DNA of 64,000 nucleotides from Candidatus Dojkabacteria bacterium (GCA_040006935.1 JBDTVZ010000001.1:359772-423771), one strand, 5' to 3'. Counted from the first letter of the stretch, positions 49,539-58,996 are shown. Notes: a model not told the origin generated them from the sequence alone. Made by a program: numbers and translations.

Positions 49539-50297
49539 ATGAGCACACTTACTGTTAAGATTGATGATAAGGATTTGAAATTTACCACATACTCTTTTGG
49601 GGATATACTTGCAGGTTTTAGTCTAGGAAAGAATGTGAACTACCACCCTTTATCTGATATAAATTTACAACTAACTTCAAAAGTTCTAAATAAACTAGAT
49701 TTATCAGGATCTTTCTTAAAAATAAAAACAGAGCATAAAGATAAAATATTAATTAACTCTGACTCTGAGGAAGCAGATGCAATTATCTCAACATCAGGAA
49801 AACCAATAATTCTTTCTCCAGCCGATTGTATAGGACTAATCCTTATTGATACAAAATCAAATTCTTATGGTCTTTGCCATGTTGGAAGAGCAGGTGTTGG
49901 ATACAATATTGTTGAAAAATTTATTAATAAATTCCTTGAAATAATAGATTCAACTACATACGAAAATAATCAATTTCAATTTATAATTTCTCCTAATATC
50001 GACCACGAGAATTACCCTCATAACGATGATGCTTTTATCTATACTGATAGTAAGCCTAATTGGTGGTTTAACAACCAAGAGTTGCTAAATAAAAAGGATG
50101 GTACATTTTTTCCTAATCTTGAAGGTGCTGTTATTAAACAAATCAAAGAGAGTAAATTAAAAGACGACTCTTATGAAATTATCTCATCAGGTTTAAGTAC
50201 GTTTAAGGAAGATATGCATTCTAATGCCAGAGATACGCATGAAAGTATTAAGGAGAAAAGAAGAAATTTAGTATTTGTTGGTCACTTAGATAGATAA
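49539..50297 (+). CDS. pgeF: PgeF/YfiH (laccase-domain) peptidoglycan-editing protein
   Basis: ADAIIS, PADC, CHVGRAG; follows murA; start at ATG 49539. Confidence 0.75.
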   Translation: MSTLTVKIDDKDLKFTTYSFGDILAGFSLGKNVNYHPLSDINLQLTSKVLNKLDLSGSFLKIKTEHKDKILINSDSEEADAIISTSGKPIILSPADCIGLILIDTKSNSYGLCHVGRAGVGYNIVEKFINKFLEIIDSTTYENNQFQFIISPNIDHENYPHNDDAFIYTDSKPNWWFNNQELLNKKDGTFFPNLEGAVIKQIKESKLKDDSYEIISSGLSTFKEDMHSNARDTHESIKEKRRNLVFVGHLDR

Positions 50298-50338
50298 TAT
50301 CCTAATCTGGTATAATTCGAAATAATTAAATTTATTTC

Positions 50339-50887
50339 ATGATTCGCACCAGAAAAATTCTCCGACATAAATATTTGGATTATTCAAACAATCGAAAATA
50401 TTTCATTACAATTTGTACAAAATACAGAATTAATCATTTTGGTGAAATTAAAAATAACAAAATGTTTTATTCTGATATTGGATTGATTGCCAGAGAATAT
50501 TTGGAAACAATTCCCAGGCATTTTATATTTTGTGAAATTGATTCGTTTGTTGTTATGCCGAATCATGTACATATGGTTGTGGTGTTGAATGAATATGTAG
50601 GGGTCGCCCATGGGCGACCCAATGATTTTGGTATGACGAATAATCGGGACGCCGATCGGCGTCCCCTACAATTACAAAATCCGATGAATGTATCAATACC
50701 AAAAATAATCAATCATTACAAAGGGTCTGTAACGCGTATTGTCCAAAATGAATTCAATAATTTTGATTTCCAATGGCAACGTTCATACCACGACCATATA
50801 ATCCGCAACGACCACGAATTAAACCGAATTCAAATTTACATAAACCACAACATATTAAATTGGAACAAAGATATTAATAATAAATAA
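50339..50887 (+). mobile_element. REP-associated tyrosine transposase (RAYT, Y1 HUH family)
   Basis: YFITICT, VMPNHVH (HUH), WQRSYHDHIIR, catalytic YI..N; GTAG-REPs within the gene and across the window. Confidence 0.92.
50597..50669. repeat. Inverted REP doublet (REPIN) in frame inside the RAYT gene
   Basis: GTAG-GGGTCGCCCATGGGCGACCC ... GGGACGCCGATCGGCGTCCC-CTAC. Confidence 0.92.
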
Positions 50888-50902
50888 TGATAAAATCTTT
50901 CT

Positions 50903-51928
50903 ATGCAAAAATTCCAAAACCACAACATTAAAGAATTCAATACATTCCACATTGCAGTAAATGCAAGGGAATTTATCATTATCGAAAATTCCTCTGAGCT
51001 CATAGAACTTTATAAAAAAAACCTCTTCAAAAATAAATTCTTTATTTTAGGGTCAGGAAGCAATTTGCTTTTCACAAAGGATTTTGATGGTGCAATTATC
51101 CAAATAGATAATCGCGGAATCAAAGTAGTTAACGAAACACCTGAGCATATATTTGTAGAATCAGAAGCTGGGGAAGATTGGGATGAGTTTGTAGGTAAAA
51201 CAATGGAAATGAATGCATATGGATTAGAAAACCTATCTTTAATTCCCGGATCTGTAGGAGCATCCGCGGTTCAAAATATTGGAGCTTACGGAGTTGAGGC
51301 TAAAGATTTTATAGAGTCTGTTGAGTTTTTTCATTTAGAAGATGGGAAGTTCCATAAAGCTGTTAACTCCGAGCTAGGATTCAAATATAGAGATAGTATT
51401 TTTAAACACGATCTTAAAGATAAAGCCATTGTTACAAAAATTACTTTTAAATTAAATAAGAAACCGGCATTAAAACTTGAGTATGCCGATGTATTGAAAG
51501 AGATAGAGAGTAGAGGACTAGATAAAAACAAACTTCATCCGAAAGAATTAAGAAATCTGATTATCGATATTAGAAATAATAAATTAGAAAACCCAAAACT
51601 GATCGGCAACTCCGGTAGTTTTTTCAAAAATCCAATAATATCTAACGATAAAATTGATGAATTAACAAAAGATTACCCAAGTTTAAAATCAAATTATGTT
51701 ACCGATTCTGAATCTAAAATTTCTGCAGGGTGGCTGATAGAGCAAGCTGGGTGGAAAGGATGGATATCAATCGATAAACAGTATGGAGTATCACCTAAGC
51801 ACGCCTTAGTTATAGTAAACTATTCCAATGCAAAAGGAGTGGACATACTAACTCTTGCTAAACACATTAAAAGCTCTGTTAAAGAAAATTTCGGAGTAGA
51901 GTTAGAGGAAGAAGTAATTATAATATAA
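50903..51928 (+). CDS. murB: UDP-N-acetylenolpyruvoylglucosamine reductase
   Basis: LGSGSNLL, IPGSVGA, QNIGAYG, GSFFKNP, HALVIVN. Confidence 0.96.
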   Translation: MQKFQNHNIKEFNTFHIAVNAREFIIIENSSELIELYKKNLFKNKFFILGSGSNLLFTKDFDGAIIQIDNRGIKVVNETPEHIFVESEAGEDWDEFVGKTMEMNAYGLENLSLIPGSVGASAVQNIGAYGVEAKDFIESVEFFHLEDGKFHKAVNSELGFKYRDSIFKHDLKDKAIVTKITFKLNKKPALKLEYADVLKEIESRGLDKNKLHPKELRNLIIDIRNNKLENPKLIGNSGSFFKNPIISNDKIDELTKDYPSLKSNYVTDSESKISAGWLIEQAGWKGWISIDKQYGVSPKHALVIVNYSNAKGVDILTLAKHIKSSVKENFGVELEEEVIII

Positions 51929-52591
51929 AATCGATTTTAAACGACTTCCTAGACATTCTAAGTATAAATTAACAATATACCCTAACTTTTAGAATAAAAA
52001 CCAACCTTCATACTTACACTTATCAAAGCCCTAAGTGCCGAGATATTGTTTCCGGATTCAAATGAATAAAAGTTCAATTTAGAAATTCTATATATCTATT
52101 CTGGAGAGACTTTACATATAGCTTTTAAGTAGAGGTTTTATCTACTTAAACTTCTGTTCCACGTAACTCGTAGATTTTGATACTATTTTTTAAATAGAAT
52201 AACCATGATACTTTTCTCTCCAATTAATAGAATGTAAGTTTAAATAGATAGTGCTATTAGAGGGTTTTAGGCTTTTCAAGTATCAGCATGTTAATAAAAT
52301 TAGAAACTGACCTCTTTTTAGAGGTATACTTACGTTGGTTAAATTTGAATAATTCGAGGGTAAATTTATACTTTACGCTTTAATAATCTATAAAAATCTA
52401 ATATATTAAGGTGATGACACATTAATTTTTCGTATAAATATTTACAACATAGCGTTTAGAATAATAAATCTAAATGAGACATTTTCATCAATTTACCAAA
52501 AGGGGCGTTTTTTACTATTTGTGACGTATTGGAACGCAAAATATGTAAATGTAAAATTTCTAAATTAATCGCGTAACACAAAATTTATAAA

Positions 52592-54430
52592 ATGAGCAAA
52601 ATACGAACACTTCCAGAAAATTTAATTAACATGATTGCAGCCGGAGAGGTAGTAGAAAGACCAGCTTCTGCAGCAAAAGAGCTTATCGAAAACTCTATAG
52701 ATGCAGGAGCAACAGAGATTATCTTAAAAATCGAAGACTTTGGTAAAAAGTTAATAGAAATTTCTGATAATGGTGTAGGTATGGATAAAGACGACGCACT
52801 GAAAGCATTCGAGCAACATACAACCTCTAAAATCTCTCAAGAAAACGATCTCTATAATATAGTTACTCTTGGTTTTAGAGGAGAGGCTCTTGCAAGTATT
52901 TCATCTGTTGCGGACTCTATAATAATAGAGACAAAATCTAAAGATATCGAAGCTGTTAAATTGAATATTAAGAATACTCATAGAGAGTTTGAGAATTCTG
53001 CAAGAACAGATAACGGCACAATCATTAGTATTTCAAGTTTATTTAAGAACGTTCCTGCGAGATTAAAATTCTTAAAATCAGATGCAACAGAGCTTAAGTA
53101 TATAACTACAACTTTCACAGATATCGCATTAAGCCATCTAAATATACGGTTCGAGATGTATCACAATGGGAAACTTTTATATCGTCTTCCTAATACGACA
53201 AGCGCTAAAGACAGAATTTTCGATATATATGGTAAGAATGTTGCCGAGAGTTTGTTCAATGAATCCCATTTTGACGGGAAATCGTATCAAATAACTGCAT
53301 TGTTTTGTAAGCCAGAACTAGCAAAGAAAATATCAACTATTCAGTACATATCCTTAAACGGTAGAGCCATTAACAGCAAGATAATATCAGTTGCAGTTCA
53401 GCAAGCTTACCAAGGGTTTATCCACAAAGATTTGAAGCCACATTACTTCCTTTTTATACACATGGATCCATCAATAGTTGATGTAAATGTACACCCTAGA
53501 AAGTTAGAAGTTAGGTTCGAAAATCAAGATCAAATCTTTAAAGATATATTCCGATTGACTAGAAACTCACTCGAAAATAGTACAAAACTAGATACTGGTA
53601 TTAATAGAGAAGAGGAGATCAAGTCTTCAGAAGTTCGTGAAAACATTACAAATCAAGGTAGTTCAAACTTTAAGTCAAATTATATTTATCCAAAAAATAA
53701 TTATAGTTTTAAAGAAAAAGGTCAAAAAGTTAATGATTTAGTTAATTTTCAAAATATATTGAACGAAGCTCCAAGTTTCAATACAGCATATCGTTCCACG
53801 GAAAGACTCAATAATCTAGCAACTAGTAACCTGGAACTAGAAACCAATTTTAAACCTTTTCAAGTTCTAAATACATATATTGTATTTGAATCGAAAGATA
53901 AGGTTACTTTTATAGATCAACATGCTGCTGCAGAAAAGATATTGTTCGAGAAGATACTTTTTGGTTTAGGCGATATTAAAACTAAACCAATGTTAGTACC
54001 AGAAGTTGTTGGACTTAAAAACGAAGATAAGGCTCTTATTCTAGAAAAAGCAGATGATTTAAAAAGAATTGGAATAGGAGTAGAGGACTTTGGAGGGAAA
54101 GATATACAAATTACAGAAGTACCTGAAGAGTTAGAGGATCTTGATGTAAGAAAATATATAGACGCCATCTTAAATAATAACGAAGATTTTTCGCATTTAT
54201 CACATGTTTACGCGGGGGTTCCACTCTCAAGCGAACTTTATTACCTTGTAGCTATTACAGCGTGCCATGGTAGTATTAGAGCAGGACAGAAATTAAGTGA
54301 AACTGAAATGAAAAAGATAATTGAAGATTTGCCAGGCTTAAAGAATTCTCAAAGTTGCCCTCACGGAAGGCCAATTCGTTGGGTTCTTAACAAAAGCGAT
54401 ATCGAAAAGAATTTTAAAAGAATAATATGA
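52592..54430 (+). CDS. mutL: DNA mismatch repair endonuclease MutL
   Basis: IAAGEVVERP, GFRGEAL, DVNVHP, DQHAAAEKILFE, ACH, CPHGRP. Confidence 0.96.
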   Translation: MSKIRTLPENLINMIAAGEVVERPASAAKELIENSIDAGATEIILKIEDFGKKLIEISDNGVGMDKDDALKAFEQHTTSKISQENDLYNIVTLGFRGEALASISSVADSIIIETKSKDIEAVKLNIKNTHREFENSARTDNGTIISISSLFKNVPARLKFLKSDATELKYITTTFTDIALSHLNIRFEMYHNGKLLYRLPNTTSAKDRIFDIYGKNVAESLFNESHFDGKSYQITALFCKPELAKKISTIQYISLNGRAINSKIISVAVQQAYQGFIHKDLKPHYFLFIHMDPSIVDVNVHPRKLEVRFENQDQIFKDIFRLTRNSLENSTKLDTGINREEEIKSSEVRENITNQGSSNFKSNYIYPKNNYSFKEKGQKVNDLVNFQNILNEAPSFNTAYRSTERLNNLATSNLELETNFKPFQVLNTYIVFESKDKVTFIDQHAAAEKILFEKILFGLGDIKTKPMLVPEVVGLKNEDKALILEKADDLKRIGIGVEDFGGKDIQITEVPEELEDLDVRKYIDAILNNNEDFSHLSHVYAGVPLSSELYYLVAITACHGSIRAGQKLSETEMKKIIEDLPGLKNSQSCPHGRPIRWVLNKSDIEKNFKRII

Positions 54431-54957
54431 AAAATGCATCTAAATTTACAATTGGAACAATTATTATTGGAATAGGTGTAGCGCTAATATCTTGTTTCTC
54501 TTTCATAAAGTTGATAGTGCTTCAACCTGAAACAACTTTAATGGTGAATCCACCTACAAACATTCAAAACGTTGATAGTCGGCTTATAAGAACAAACGAT
54601 GATGACATTATCAACCTTTCTTTTAATAATCAAATAGTTAAAGCTACCATTGCAAGATCACCAGAAAAAACTGAAAAAGGACTAATGAATGTTACTGAAC
54701 TTAATGCAGACGAAGGAATGCTTTTTGTATTCGATGGCTTAAAACCACGAACATTTTGGATGAAAGATACCTTAATTTCCTTAGATATAATTTATCTTGA
54801 TCAGAACCTTAGAGTAGTGAATATGTATGACAACACAGCTCCAAATCAAACTACAGTAGTTTATTCTTCTCAATTACCTTCCAGTTATGTACTAGAAGTT
54901 AACGGTGGCACTGCGAAAAGACTCGGTTTAACCATCGGTGATTACTTTAGTATATAA
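54427..54957 (+). CDS. DUF192 family protein
   Basis: GLM, GMLFVF, FWMKDT, LDIIY, YVLEVNGG. Confidence 0.92.
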   Translation: MKNASKFTIGTIIIGIGVALISCFSFIKLIVLQPETTLMVNPPTNIQNVDSRLIRTNDDDIINLSFNNQIVKATIARSPEKTEKGLMNVTELNADEGMLFVFDGLKPRTFWMKDTLISLDIIYLDQNLRVVNMYDNTAPNQTTVVYSSQLPSSYVLEVNGGTAKRLGLTIGDYFSI

Positions 54958-55017
54958 TCCAATAGGAAGATAAGTGTAAAATTTATGATCATATCTAAAA
55001 AAATAGAATAAATATTG

Positions 55018-55134
55018 TTGACATTTTTTCTAATTGTTTTATAATTTATATGTAAAGTTATGAAAGTAGCTTTACAGGTAAAAATAGTTAAAAGTGCAGT
55101 GAAAAATCCCGGTCAAACGGGATTTTTCATTTTT
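55018..55134 (+). ncRNA. Candidate ~85-nt small RNA with own promoter and terminator
   Basis: TTGACA-N16-TATAAT, 5' hairpin 55051-55076, perfect 12-bp terminator stem 55100-55129 plus T run. Confidence 0.5.
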
Positions 55135-55268
55135 GTAGCTAACTTAGCAACTCGAGTGATATAATCAATCGTAAATCTTTGTGAGCATAGCGAACATTAG
55201 ATTTATATTGTCCCGAGCGAAGCCGAGGGACCTAAACTTAAATACATAAAACAAATTGGAGGAAATCT

Positions 55269-55847
55269 ATGAGTTATATAGTACCAACAGTAATCGAACA
55301 AACAAGTAGAGGTGAAAGAGCGTATGATATTTATTCTAGAATGCTTAAAGAAAGAATAGTATTTGTATCTGGAGAAATAAATGATCAAATGGCAAATAGT
55401 ATTATTGCTCAATTGCTATTCTTGCAGAAAGAAGACGCTACTAAAGACATTGTTATGTACATTAATAGCCCTGGAGGACATGTCCAATCTGGAATGGCTA
55501 TTGTTGATACAATGAATCATATAAAACCCGATGTCTCTACTATTGTAGTAGGATGGGCTGCTTCTATGGGAGCTGTACTATTAGCAAGTGGGAAAAAAGG
55601 AAAGAGATTTGCATTAAAACATGCTGACGTTATGCTTCACCAACCGATGGGAGGAGCAGAGGGTCAAGCTACAGATATTGAAATTAGTGCTAAACATATT
55701 CTAAAGACAAGAGATAATCTTTATAAACACCTTGCAGAATGTACTAATCAGGCTAAAGAGAAGATAGAAAAAGACTTTGATAGAGATTACTGGATGGATG
55801 CAGAGCAATCAAAAGAGTACGGAATTATTGATAAGATTATTGATTAA
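55269..55847 (+). CDS. clpP: ATP-dependent Clp protease proteolytic subunit
   Basis: YDIYSR, YINSPGG, AASMG, MLHQP, DRD. Confidence 0.97.
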   Translation: MSYIVPTVIEQTSRGERAYDIYSRMLKERIVFVSGEINDQMANSIIAQLLFLQKEDATKDIVMYINSPGGHVQSGMAIVDTMNHIKPDVSTIVVGWAASMGAVLLASGKKGKRFALKHADVMLHQPMGGAEGQATDIEISAKHILKTRDNLYKHLAECTNQAKEKIEKDFDRDYWMDAEQSKEYGIIDKIID

Positions 55848-55925
55848 GTTTAAAAGTTAAAATGTTTAAACGTTAAAAAGTTGAATAACGTTAGAACATT
55901 GTAACCATTTAACATTGAAACGATT

Positions 55926-55945
55926 TAGAGCAGTTAGCTCAGCTG
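55926..55945 (+). repeat. Duplicated 5' fragment of tRNA-Val(GAC)
   Basis: TAGAGCAGTTAGCTCAGCTG identical to 56068-56087. Confidence 0.85.
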
Positions 55946-56069
55946 CTCCAGAGATTCTTAAATGAGAACGATCCGCCTTGGGCGGAGAAGTTCGAATTTT
56001 AGAAGATCTTAGCACAAGGATATGAGCTACTAGAGGTGAAGTTTTAACAAATGGAAGGTGATAGTAATA

Positions 56070-56142
56070 GAGCAGTTAGCTCAGCTGGTAGAGCGCACCC
56101 TTGACGTGGGTAAGGTCACAGGTTCGATTCCTGTACTGCTCA
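56070..56142 (+). tRNA. tRNA-Val(GAC)
   Basis: GAGCAGT..ACTGCTC acceptor stem, loop TTGACGT, GGTTCGATTCC. Confidence 0.95.
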
Positions 56143-56254
56143 ATAAGGCAATCGTTTTGTGAACGTAGTGAAATAAAACGATAATGCCGCATTAGTCCCG
56201 CAAAGCGGGGCTCAATAAGTCATTATTAATTAAAATATTAAAACTGGAAATAAA

Positions 56255-57790
56255 ATGAATTATTATTCAACAATAGGTGATGAAGTTAAGCATTCAGCAG
56301 CTCATATTTTAGCTATGGCTGTATCGGAAATTTTCCCCGGAGTAAGAATAGGAGTAGGTCCAGTAACTAAGAGTGGTTTCTATTACGACTTCGAAATTCC
56401 TCAAGAACTCACACCAGAAGTTGTTTCACAGATTTTAGAAAAGACAAAAGAAATAGAAGATAGAAATTTGCCTTTCCAACAGCAACTACTTAATAGAGAG
56501 GCCGCACTGAATATGCTTATTCAAAAAGGACAAGGTTACAAGGCAGAGCTTCTAGGTATGATTCAAGACCCAGAGGTAAGTATTTATAAGACTGGTGACT
56601 CTTTTATAGATTTATGTAGAGGACCACACGTTGGCACAACTTCCGAAGTAGGACCAATTATAATTACAAAAATAGAGGACGTGCATTGGAACGAGGACCC
56701 ATCAAGACCAGTATTAAAGAGAATTCATGGAATGACCTTTAGAAATGATACCGAAGTGGCAGAGTATACCAATTTACAGAAATTAAAAGATGAGAGAGAT
56801 TTTATTAAGACTTCAATCCAGGATGGGTTTTTTGCTAAGAATAATGATAAAGTTCTAACAATTACAGATAAGGGAGCATTAATTATTGAGCGATTCAGAA
56901 AAGCTATATACAAGCACATTCTTTCCGATGAATCTATCGAATTACCCCTTTTCTTTATTCCTAAAAATCCTGACGAAATTAGTATCGCCTCAGATATTGC
57001 AGCACTTAGCAATCCAAGAAGCAGACAAGAGTATCCTATAGAGATGTTCGCATTTACACAGTGTGTTAACTTAAAAGTTAAAGATATTAGACAGCCATGT
57101 AGTAATGTATTTTTCTTTAAAAGCTATCATGCAGATACTGGAATGGTGCTAGGATTAGAGAGAATTGAAGATATTGTTAAGAGTTTGCTTATAGAATTTT
57201 CTAAATTATACATTGATGTTGAGTATTACAATGCAGAAGATCCTACATTCACTTCGGTTTCAAAGATTTTACAAAAGAACTTAATCTCACATACCAAGCT
57301 TATTTCTTCAGAAAGAGAAGAGATTATGCTAAGAATAAAAGCTAAGGATTCAATTGATAGAGAATGGGAAATAGCTACAATGAAAATTTATAATAAACCA
57401 TACAGTGCTTCCAATAAGATTGAGGTTAATATGATGGAATACTTTGTAAATTTGCTAAATTTAGTAGCATTCCACATTGAGGATACTAATGGAGAATTAT
57501 CTAAACAGACTTCACCCTACGAAGTAGTAATCATTCCTATTAAGAAGAAGCATATCGGTAGTGGTGCTGATCTAGAAAAGAAGATCCATGCCGCAGGACA
57601 TAGTGCGAGAATGCTTCAAACAACAAAGAGTTTAAACAATAGAATTAAAATAGCTGAAAATGCTAATCCAAGAGTAATCGGAGTCATTGGGGATAACGAA
57701 ATGGGTAAAGATACTGTAAACGTGAGAATAAATAAAATGAATCATGGTTTAATGAAGTTTGAAGATTTACTTAAAATTTTATCTAATTGA
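56255..57790 (+). CDS. thrS: Threonyl-tRNA synthetase-like protein: intact editing domain, degenerate catalytic core, anticodon-binding domain
   Basis: HSAAH, GFYYDF, YKAE, DLCRGPH retained; TGHW, KPMNCP and motif 2/3 arginines not found; syntenic with infC-rpmI-rplT. Confidence 0.8.
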   Translation: MNYYSTIGDEVKHSAAHILAMAVSEIFPGVRIGVGPVTKSGFYYDFEIPQELTPEVVSQILEKTKEIEDRNLPFQQQLLNREAALNMLIQKGQGYKAELLGMIQDPEVSIYKTGDSFIDLCRGPHVGTTSEVGPIIITKIEDVHWNEDPSRPVLKRIHGMTFRNDTEVAEYTNLQKLKDERDFIKTSIQDGFFAKNNDKVLTITDKGALIIERFRKAIYKHILSDESIELPLFFIPKNPDEISIASDIAALSNPRSRQEYPIEMFAFTQCVNLKVKDIRQPCSNVFFFKSYHADTGMVLGLERIEDIVKSLLIEFSKLYIDVEYYNAEDPTFTSVSKILQKNLISHTKLISSEREEIMLRIKAKDSIDREWEIATMKIYNKPYSASNKIEVNMMEYFVNLLNLVAFHIEDTNGELSKQTSPYEVVIIPIKKKHIGSGADLEKKIHAAGHSARMLQTTKSLNNRIKIAENANPRVIGVIGDNEMGKDTVNVRINKMNHGLMKFEDLLKILSN

Positions 57791-57876
57791 CAAAACATAG
57801 CAGAATTACGTTTTGCTATTGAGATACTGTCGATATTTTGATAAAATCACAGATGTTTAGTTAGATACTTCACCTT

Positions 57877-58413
57877 ATAAAGATAGTAAGAAAGAATAAA
57901 AAATATAGTAGCGCACCTGTTGTAAAGATTATAGCTAACGAAGCTATTACAACTCCTAGGCTTATGGTTATTGACGAATTAGGAAATAACCTTGGGGAAA
58001 TGGATAGATTAGATGCTTTGAATCTTGCTAAAAGTAAAGAGTTGGACTTGATTATAGTCTCAGCAAAAGAGGGTAGTGCAAGCGTTGCAAAGATTGGGGA
58101 TATTGCTAAATCTAAGTACGAAAAGACTAAAAAGTTAAGAAAAAGTAAAGGGAAGTCTTCTGAAATGAAGGAATGGTGGTTTAAACCATCAATTCAGGAA
58201 AGAGATTTAGTAATTAGATTAGAGAAAATTAAGAAATTTTTGAGTAAAGGTGGAACAGCAAAATTAACTGTTAAATTTGTTAAGAAAACAATGCCAGCCC
58301 AAATGGGTGAAACAATGGCAAAGATAACACAGAATATTAATATGTACGCAAAACCTATCTCAGATGTAGCAAGAGAAGGTAAAAATTTAAGCATAATAGT
58401 TAAAGCCTTATAA
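57877..58413 (+). CDS. infC: Translation initiation factor IF-3 (probable non-AUG start)
   Basis: In-frame upstream extension gives IIANEAITTPRLMVIDELG, matching the IF3 N-terminus; in-frame ATA at 57865, 57877 and 57883 after TAG at 57862. Confidence 0.85.
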   Translation: MKIVRKNKKYSSAPVVKIIANEAITTPRLMVIDELGNNLGEMDRLDALNLAKSKELDLIIVSAKEGSASVAKIGDIAKSKYEKTKKLRKSKGKSSEMKEWWFKPSIQERDLVIRLEKIKKFLSKGGTAKLTVKFVKKTMPAQMGETMAKITQNINMYAKPISDVAREGKNLSIIVKAL

Positions 58414-58414
58414 A

Positions 58415-58630
58415 ATGAAAGTAAAGAAATTTAAATTAAAAACACATAAATCTACAAGCAAAAGATTTAAACTTACAGGTACTGGTAAGGTAATTAGAAA
58501 AAAGCAACAAATGAGAAATAACGCACACAGAAAGAATAAATCTGCTGCACAAAGAAAGCTAAACCCAGAAGCATTTGTAATATCTGCTAAAGGTACAATT
58601 AAAAAGATTAAAAGACTTTTAAATCACTAA
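58415..58630 (+). CDS. rpmI: 50S ribosomal protein bL35
   Basis: KLKTHKSTSKRFKLTGTGK; synteny. Confidence 0.95.
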   Translation: MKVKKFKLKTHKSTSKRFKLTGTGKVIRKKQQMRNNAHRKNKSAAQRKLNPEAFVISAKGTIKKIKRLLNH

Positions 58631-58633
58631 AAT

Positions 58634-58975
58634 ATGAGAGTAAAACGAGGTTTAACAAAACAAAAAAGACATAAGAAAGTATTAAAACTTGCTAAAGGAT
58701 ATCGAATGACATATTCAAATTCTTTTAGAAGAGCTAAACAATTACTTCTACATTCTGGACAATACGAATATGCACATAGAAAGCATAGATCTGCACAAAT
58801 GAGACAGGAATGGATTAAAACGATCTCAGCTGGATTATCTGAGCATGGACTAAGCTATAGTAAATTTATTAATCTCTTAAATAAGAATAATATTAAGATT
58901 GACAGAAAGAACTTAGCAGAATTAGCAGTAACAAGACCAGAAAATTTTAATGCAATAGTAAAGTCTGTAGCATAA
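58634..58975 (+). CDS. rplT: 50S ribosomal protein bL20
   Basis: MRVKRG..KKVLKLAKGY, SYSKFI, IDRKNLAELA. Confidence 0.96.
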   Translation: MRVKRGLTKQKRHKKVLKLAKGYRMTYSNSFRRAKQLLLHSGQYEYAHRKHRSAQMRQEWIKTISAGLSEHGLSYSKFINLLNKNNIKIDRKNLAELAVTRPENFNAIVKSVA

Positions 58976-58996
58976 TTATCCATAACGCAAGAATTT

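Noticed and set aside
52150-52170. parS or oriC call
   Set aside because: Only half of the parS palindrome matches; no TTATCCACA clusters or dnaA/parB nearby
55051-55100. Resemblance to an sgRNA/tracrRNA scaffold (GTTA-GAAA-TAGC..GTTAAAA)
   Set aside because: Short AT-rich similarity; no Cas9/IscB/TnpB or CRISPR repeat in the window
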